Shown in pieces: positions 57,791 to 64,000 of a stretch of DNA of 64,000 bases. Both the position numbers and the translations under genes were made by a program. Within the stretch, counting starts at the first letter, position 1; each line of letters starts with the position of its first letter. The stretch is from Trichormus sp. ATA11-4-KO1 (GTDB lineage: Bacteria; Cyanobacteriota; Cyanobacteriia; Cyanobacteriales; Nostocaceae), in contig JAHHIM010000036.1 of the NCBI GenBank assembly GCA_019358915.1, positions 64,001-128,000 of the forward strand, written 5' to 3'. The notes under the pieces are model-generated. The model searched no databases. It worked only from the letters and a program-made list of their open reading frames with translations, and was not told the origin of the DNA.

Positions 57791-60073
57791 TTAACGTCGT
57801 CTATTTCTTCTCAAAGCAGAGGAAAGTGAACCGTTGTTATTTTCTGCGTCTTCAGCAATTCTTTCAGCACCGATATTTTGTTGGTAATATTGCTGATAGT
57901 AGTTGTGAGAAACAGGGATAGAATCTTTAGATTTGTTAGCTATCATTCCTAACATGGGAGTGCCAGATATCTGAATTTCTTCTAATACTTGCTGGAGTGC
58001 AGTACGTTTTAACTTACCCAAACCAGCCACTAGCACAATGCCATTAGTATTAGCAGCCATGAGGTGAGCATCTGCAAATCCTAAAAGCGGCGGTGTGTCA
58101 TAAATGACTAAATCAAAATCTGCTTGCAGGTTGTCCATGAGATCCTGCATTTTTTGAGAAGCTAGCAACCTCACTGAGTCCGGTGGAATTGGCCCAGCAG
58201 TCATGACAAACAAATTTTCTTCTAGAGGCGATCGCTCGATCACATTATGCCAATCTAGATCTTGGGAAATTACATCAGTCAAGCCTTGAATATTCATCAG
58301 TCCTACACGATTGTGTAGGCTAGGACAACGGAGATTAGCATCTACTAACAAGACTCTTTGTCCCATCGCGGCAGCTGCCTGTGCTAGCTGTATAGCAACA
58401 GTAGATTTACCATCTCCTTGTCCCGGTGAACTGATGACTAAAGAGCGAATTGGCGTATCTGAACCCAAAAGCAGAATGTTTGTGTAAAGCGAGCGAAAAA
58501 CTTCAAAAAATGAGGCGCTACTTGGTTGTTGTATCCCTCTAGCTAAATTTCCTTGGGTAGATGTTGCCAATTCTTTCTTCAAAGGCACTATTCCTAGTAG
58601 TGGGAGTCTAGTAGTATCTTTAAGTTCTTTAGCTGTGTAGAAAATGTTGCTCAGTTTATCTACAACTAAAGCTGCTCCTAGACCCAATAGTAGCCCTAAA
58701 GCACCCCCCAATGCTAAGTTTCTCGTAGCACTGTCGGAAATCGCCGCAGGACTATTAACTCCAGCCAAGTTTGGATCAAGTAACAGCCAAGGTTGCTGCT
58801 TTTGAGCTTTCTCGATCTGCAATGCTTGTTGTTTAGCGGTAAATTGAGTCAGAGCATCAGTGGCAATTAGTAATTCCCGTTGAATGTTAGCGTAATCACG
58901 GCTAATGGTTGCCAACCCTCTGATTTCACTGCTAACATTTCGGATTTTCTCCGCCAGAGATACATCTCTGGCTGAAAGTGCGCGGATACGACTTTGAAAA
59001 TCTCTTTGTACTCGTAATTCTTCGCCAGCTAGCAAGGGAAGTAAATAAGCTTTCCGCTCTCTTAATGTCACCATTGTGGGATTGTCTTCAGTCAATATGG
59101 CTGACTGATTCGTAATTTCAACTTCCGCAGCTTGGACTTGATCCAGTATCCTTTGGTATCGGGGATTTTCACTCAGTAAAGAATTACCAGCTCTCTCTCC
59201 TGGCTGTTGTGCTAACTCTACTTGTAAATCTTGATATCTGGCTACCGATTGTTCTAGCTCTACTCGATTATTGATTCGCTGTTGACTCAAAGCAGCAAGT
59301 TGACTAGATAATTCTTGAGCTTTCTGGTCTGGCTCAATTAAGCTATTATTTAATCGCAGGTTTCGCAGTTGATTTTGCCAGTATTGCACTCGCTCATCCA
59401 GAGGCTTTCTTTGTTGATTAACAAAATTAATAGCTTGAACTACGTCTGATTGACGATCTTCCAGACTGTAATTTAGATAAGCATCAGCCAGTAAATTTGA
59501 AAAATTCCTCACTAGCTCCTGATCTGGATTGGTAAATTGAACATTTATGATATTTGGTTGTTCGGATGTAATAGTTAAGTTACTAACAAAGAGGCCGTAA
59601 AGCAGGTTAGGAGTAATTTCTGGGTATCGAGCTTGAAGACCTTCAATAAAGTCTGGGTATTGCGCCTGAAGCCTATCAATAAAATTCGGGTCTTGAGTCT
59701 TGAGTTGTTCAATGATGGGTTCAATAATTCGAGGACTCTGTAAGACTGCAATTGTTGTCTGAAGTTCTTGTTGTTGTGACGTACTATTTGTATTCCCTTG
59801 GGCATTTAAAGCTTGGGGGACATTGGCAATAACCTGACTTTCTCCAGTCACACGTTTGGTTAATATATCGAACCTCCCTTGATAAACTGGAGGATCAGTT
59901 TTTGCCTTCAAAACTGCTGCTGTTGCTAATAAGCCTGTTATGCCAACAATTAACAACAATCGGCGACGCAAGACTGCTGCAATTTGACCTAGATTCAATT
60001 CATCATCACTATCATTTAACTGAGCAGTTTTAGCATTTGATAACAGGTGAGGATATTTGTCTGATTGCAGCAT
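57791..60073 (-). CDS. wzc: Wzc-type polysaccharide biosynthesis tyrosine autokinase
   Basis: VLRRR + TM, SSPGQGDGKST, VDANLR, IYDTPP, C-terminal Tyr cluster NYYQQYYQQ. Confidence 0.9.
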   Translation of the reverse strand: MLQSDKYPHLLSNAKTAQLNDSDDELNLGQIAAVLRRRLLLIVGITGLLATAAVLKAKTDPPVYQGRFDILTKRVTGESQVIANVPQALNAQGNTNSTSQQQELQTTIAVLQSPRIIEPIIEQLKTQDPNFIDRLQAQYPDFIEGLQARYPEITPNLLYGLFVSNLTITSEQPNIINVQFTNPDQELVRNFSNLLADAYLNYSLEDRQSDVVQAINFVNQQRKPLDERVQYWQNQLRNLRLNNSLIEPDQKAQELSSQLAALSQQRINNRVELEQSVARYQDLQVELAQQPGERAGNSLLSENPRYQRILDQVQAAEVEITNQSAILTEDNPTMVTLRERKAYLLPLLAGEELRVQRDFQSRIRALSARDVSLAEKIRNVSSEIRGLATISRDYANIQRELLIATDALTQFTAKQQALQIEKAQKQQPWLLLDPNLAGVNSPAAISDSATRNLALGGALGLLLGLGAALVVDKLSNIFYTAKELKDTTRLPLLGIVPLKKELATSTQGNLARGIQQPSSASFFEVFRSLYTNILLLGSDTPIRSLVISSPGQGDGKSTVAIQLAQAAAAMGQRVLLVDANLRCPSLHNRVGLMNIQGLTDVISQDLDWHNVIERSPLEENLFVMTAGPIPPDSVRLLASQKMQDLMDNLQADFDLVIYDTPPLLGFADAHLMAANTNGIVLVAGLGKLKRTALQQVLEEIQISGTPMLGMIANKSKDSIPVSHNYYQQYYQQNIGAERIAEDAENNNGSLSSALRRNRRR

Positions 60074-60827
60074 AATATTTGTAATTTAAACTACTGGAAT
60101 TGTTTACACAGACGAATGCCTCGATTCAATCTTGGCGTAGTTAGTCTTCTTGGCAGTTGCCTTATTTTGCACTATACCGGGCAAACTACTGAATTGACTG
60201 ACTAGTCATATGATTCAAACACCCCAAAAGGATATTAGGTATTGTCAAAAACCTAGCTATGATACCCATTATGTTAACTACAGTGTTGAGAATACAGGCT
60301 AACTGGGAGCAATGCAATATCACTACAGTAACATTGCGTAGCCTAAATTGGCTGGCTCACTGACGTTTTCAGTTAAAGCTATACATAATTTTTACTCATT
60401 CAACATACTAATATGACCTACAACTTTGTATAGACTTTATCTACAGTCAGCTTAACTTGATATTGTAATCAATGATTTTGGCACCATCAACGAGGTAATA
60501 CCAATTTCAAAAAAAAAGGAGTTAGACCCCAATACGATTTAATTACAGATAATTTTAGTAACGCGACAAGCTTAATTTACTGTATGGAGTCATAATCCAT
60601 ACTTTGGGTAGCTTTACTGTACTAAAGCTACATGTGTAGTGATCTTTTGCAAAAATTTTTATCATGCTTGTGATGGCAAGTTGTCAGAAGTCATAGCCAA
60701 GTGCTGATTGCTGAGGATAAACCCAGTTACCTCCAGGCTAGTAATCAACACTGTCCTAACCTATGTGACTACGGCTATGAATTAAAAACAAAAAAATGAG
60801 GAGCAGATTTTTTTACTCCTCTTTAAA

Positions 60828-60899
60828 CTGGGGCGCTAGGATTCGAACCTAGGGATGGCGGGACCAAAACCCGCTGCCTTACCACTTGGCTACGCCCCA
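60828..60899 (-). tRNA. trnQ: tRNA-Gln(UUG)
   Basis: TGGGGCGTAGCCAAGTGGTAAGGCAGCGGGT-TTTG-GTCCCGCCATCCCTAGGTTCGAATCCTAGCGCCCCAG: cloverleaf, anticodon TTG, CCA not encoded. Confidence 0.97.
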
Positions 60900-61532
60900 A
60901 TACTTGACTCGTAACACTATAGCAGCTTCTACCGGGGTCATGTCAAGTACCTGGAGAAAAAAATTAGGACAAATCAGTCTGCATTTTAGCCGTTCATTAT
61001 AAAATCGCGATCGCTCGTGGCGTTTTTGGCTCGGCACACGATTTCCTCCCCTGGTTTCTGAATGCCAGAGACCATACTTCACCTCGGATTGATTTCAACT
61101 GACCAGGTTGTGAATTAACCTCAGGATATTCTTTTTGAGAATTCTTGGTTTAGTTGACTATGTAAATCAGCCCAAACAGCTTTATAAAAAATTAACAGCT
61201 TTGTATTTTTTCTATGAACCTGACTTGAAAAGTCAATACACGTATGTATACTGGCTATGGGCATATTACGTAAGTATTTCACTGTGCTAAATTCCTGATA
61301 GGTAAAAGTGAATACTTAAGTTAAATCCCTGTTGTTTTTACCAAAGATTAGAATTTTTTATCAAAAGATTTAAGGGTTTATACCAAAATTCAGACTACAA
61401 CTACTAAATTGTCTAATGTAAATCTTGTACTGATTCCGTCCATCTAAAAGTTAAAAGTGTGTAGATATTATGAGGTTCTACCACGTGTTTAGAAAAAAGT
61501 AGTCACAGAACAAAAGGAAAATTAGGATAAGG

Positions 61533-61847
61533 ATGAAAATTACAGAACTAGACGCTCACATCTCAGACTCTTCAATAGTAGTAGCAATTCCAGAACAAAT
61601 TTTTTCCGACATTGGCGATGAAGCAGTTATTCTGCATCTGAAGACAGGAATTTACCACGGACTAAATGAGGTAGGGGCGCGGATCTGGACTTTGATTCAA
61701 GAACCAAAAGCTGTGAAAGATATCAAGCAGAGCATTTTAGAAGAATATGAGGTGGCATCTGAAGAATGCGATCGCGACTTGATAGCATTGCTAAAAGACT
61801 TTCTTGCAGCTGGACTAATTGAGGTTAAAAATGAGACGAATGCGTAA
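61533..61847 (+). CDS. Lasso peptide RiPP recognition element (PqqD family, B1)
   Basis: DIGDEAVILHLKTGIYHGLNEVGARIW...EYEV...GLI. Confidence 0.92.
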   Translation: MKITELDAHISDSSIVVAIPEQIFSDIGDEAVILHLKTGIYHGLNEVGARIWTLIQEPKAVKDIKQSILEEYEVASEECDRDLIALLKDFLAAGLIEVKNETNA

Positions 61848-62274
61848 GTTCTTGCATTTGAGTGCAGGCGATCGCTATTTTTTAATCAAGACCTTATTTT
61901 TACTAGGAGCAATCAGGTTAGGGCTGGGGTTACTACCGTTTAATAAATTACTAAAACTCCTCACGAAAATTAGTCAGCCCAGTCAAGGAACGCAGAGTAT
62001 CCACCAAGTATCTGTGAGCAAAATTGTTTGGGCTGTGAACGCAGTGACTCGCTGTGTACCAGGTGCTAAATGTCTGGCGCGGGCTTTAACTACCCAAGTG
62101 TTGATGAGTCGTTATGGATACCTACCCGAATTCCGCATTGGCGTGGCCAAGGGAGAAACAGGAAAGTTAGAAGCTCATGCTTGGATTGAATATCAAGGGC
62201 TAGTTGTCATCGGTAATCTCCAAGACCTTTCGCGTTATATGCCACTGCCGTCCCTGGAAGGAGTGAGATTATGA
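61831..62274 (+). CDS. Lasso peptide leader peptidase (B2)
   Basis: AKCLARAL (Cys), IGVAK, EAHAWIE (His); overlaps the B1 stop; start 61831 or 61840. Confidence 0.92.
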   Translation: MRRMRKFLHLSAGDRYFLIKTLFLLGAIRLGLGLLPFNKLLKLLTKISQPSQGTQSIHQVSVSKIVWAVNAVTRCVPGAKCLARALTTQVLMSRYGYLPEFRIGVAKGETGKLEAHAWIEYQGLVVIGNLQDLSRYMPLPSLEGVRL

Positions 62275-64000
62275 GCGGTATTGTGGGTGTTCATTATCTC
62301 AACAATCGGGCTGTAAATCATCAAGACTTAGAACGGATGGTTGAGATCATCGCCCATAGAGGACCCGATGGTGCAGACATTTGGGTCAATGGTTCTGTTG
62401 GTTTTGGACATCGAATGTTGTGGACAACCCCCGAATCTTTAATAGAAAAATTACCCCTAGTCAATGAAGCAGCAAATCTCGTAATTACTGCGGATGCCAG
62501 AATTGATAATCGGGATGAATTAGCATCAGTGTTAGAACTACCTAATCGCCCCATAGAAAAAATTACAGATAGTGAATTTATCTTAGCTGCCTATGAAAAG
62601 TGGGGTGAGTCCTGCTCAGAACATCTTTTAGGTGATTTTGCTTTTGCCATTTGGGATCAAAACAAACAATCTTTGTTTTGCGCTAGAGACCATTTGGGGG
62701 TAAAGCCGTTTTATTACTATTATCAACCAGGTAAAGTTTTTGTATTTGCCTCAGAAATTAAGGCGATCTTCGGTTTACCGCAAATATCACGCCGACTGAA
62801 CGAGGTGAGAATTGCCGATTACTTGGCACTGATGATGGAAGATAAAGTCATCACTACTTACCAAGATATTCTGCGGTTGCCCCCTGCTCACAGCATGGTG
62901 ATCAATAAATCTGTAATTAGGACATGGCCATATTGGGAACTTGACAAATATCGGGAATTACGGTTATCATCCAACGATGAGTATGCTAAGGAATTTCAAA
63001 AAATCTTTACCGAGGCAGTACACTGTCGTTTGCGTAGTGCCTTTGCGATCGCTAGCCACTTGAGCGGTGGATTAGATTCCTCTGCCGTTACCTGTGTAGC
63101 TCGGCATCTACTGTCAAAAACACCAGAAAAACCTACTCAGCTACACACGATTTCCACCATTTTTGACCAAATCGCAGAATGTGATGAACGACCATTCATC
63201 AATGCGGTACTCGAACAAGGTGAGTTTATTCCCCACTACATTCAGGGAGATAAGAATGGCCCATTATCCAACTTGGATAACATTTTCCAGTATGAAGATG
63301 AAGCACTGTTAGGCCCTAGCCATTTTTATCCTTGGAACATGAACCTTGCGGTAAAGGATTTAGGACTGCGAATTTCTCTAGATGGTTTTGATGGTGATAC
63401 CACAGTTAGTCATGGTACAACCAGGCTCACGGAACTTGCCCGTCAAGGTAAATGGCAGAGTTTAATTCAGGAAGCAAAAGCAATTGCACCACACCACAAT
63501 GTATCACCCCAGGCTGTGTTTGGGTTTCATGGATTACCGTATTTGAGAGAATTGCCGAAGCGGTTGCGATGGATAGAGTTTGCCAAAGCAGTGCAACAAA
63601 TTCACCAGCATTTAGGTATTTCGCGCCAGCTTTTAATTATTCATCACGGTATTAAACCCCTACTGCTAGAACCGATAAAAAAGTTATGGCAGTGGGTTCG
63701 TAGACAAGAGAAACCGACTAAAGTTGCTTCATCTTTAACACCTCTAGTCAATCGTAACTTTGCCAAAAATATTGGTTTAGATGAACGCATCAATCAGCTA
63801 GGAGGCTCAACAGAAGCGCCCCTCACCGTCAAAGAACATCATTGGCGTAGTCTGAATCAAGGGTTACTAGCGTACACCTTAGAGCAGATGGATCAATATG
63901 CAGCTATGTTTTCTCTAGAAGCTCGTCATCCGTTCATGGATAAGCGACTGATTGAATTTTGCCTAGCATTACCTTCTGACCAAAAGCTCTACCAAGGATG
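62271..64000 (+). CDS. Lasso peptide isopeptide-forming cyclase (asparagine synthetase-like, C), 3' truncated by window
   Basis: ATGA overlap with B2; MSGIVG...AHRGPDG, ADARIDNR, GDFAFAIWD, ARDHLGVKP, SHLSGGLDSS, DGFDGD, EARHPFMDKRL. Absent from the ORF track because there is no stop in the window. Confidence 0.92.
   Translation, partial: MSGIVGVHYLNNRAVNHQDLERMVEIIAHRGPDGADIWVNGSVGFGHRMLWTTPESLIEKLPLVNEAANLVITADARIDNRDELASVLELPNRPIEKITDSEFILAAYEKWGESCSEHLLGDFAFAIWDQNKQSLFCARDHLGVKPFYYYYQPGKVFVFASEIKAIFGLPQISRRLNEVRIADYLALMMEDKVITTYQDILRLPPAHSMVINKSVIRTWPYWELDKYRELRLSSNDEYAKEFQKIFTEAVHCRLRSAFAIASHLSGGLDSSAVTCVARHLLSKTPEKPTQLHTISTIFDQIAECDERPFINAVLEQGEFIPHYIQGDKNGPLSNLDNIFQYEDEALLGPSHFYPWNMNLAVKDLGLRISLDGFDGDTTVSHGTTRLTELARQGKWQSLIQEAKAIAPHHNVSPQAVFGFHGLPYLRELPKRLRWIEFAKAVQQIHQHLGISRQLLIIHHGIKPLLLEPIKKLWQWVRRQEKPTKVASSLTPLVNRNFAKNIGLDERINQLGGSTEAPLTVKEHHWRSLNQGLLAYTLEQMDQYAAMFSLEARHPFMDKRLIEFCLALPSDQKLYQG

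Noticed and set aside
60879..61082. 67 aa ORF as the lasso precursor
   Set aside because: Opposite strand to the cluster, overlaps the tRNA, and lacks the YxxPxL and penultimate-Thr leader pattern
4125..63655. The many short (about 60-120 aa) ORFs overlapping long genes
   Set aside because: Antisense or alternate-frame shadows with no recognisable motifs
60828..64000. tRNA-anchored genomic island
   Set aside because: No integrase or duplicated tRNA 3' end seen; the lasso genes lie on the 5' side of the tRNA and contain HIP1 sites

Overview
This is a 64 kb chromosomal window from a heterocyst-forming cyanobacterium (Nostocales, Nostoc/Nodularia-like). The assignment rests on dense HIP1 octamers (GCGATCGC), STRR heptamer tracts, a crhC-type helicase and an hglT-like gene. 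Most of the window is core genome: lepA, nfuA-like, GH57, ClC, pmbA/tldE, Tab2, a P-type ATPase, recF, rnz, a SpoIID-like gene and tRNA-Gln. Five things stand out. (1) At 9.6-21 kb the convergent kinase-WD40/ClC junction occurs twice in tandem. The middle junction is made of diverged, decayed copies of both gene ends, and each half holds a different lipid-modification cassette: HglT-like GT + SDR + methyltransferase, and SMR/ArnE-like + OlsB-like acyltransferase. (2) An envelope/EPS module (GT4-GT4-porin-Pro-rich protein, with a divergent beta-propeller) lies near two Wzc paralogs. (3) A lasso peptide cluster (B1-B2-C) begins beside tRNA-Gln and is cut by the window end. (4) A TA-targeting MITE family is present, with its empty site visible inside the window, and small repeats have inserted in frame into several proteins. 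(5) A long RluA carries a possible deaminase-fold Zn domain. All family assignments come from motif recognition and recall; no searches were run.
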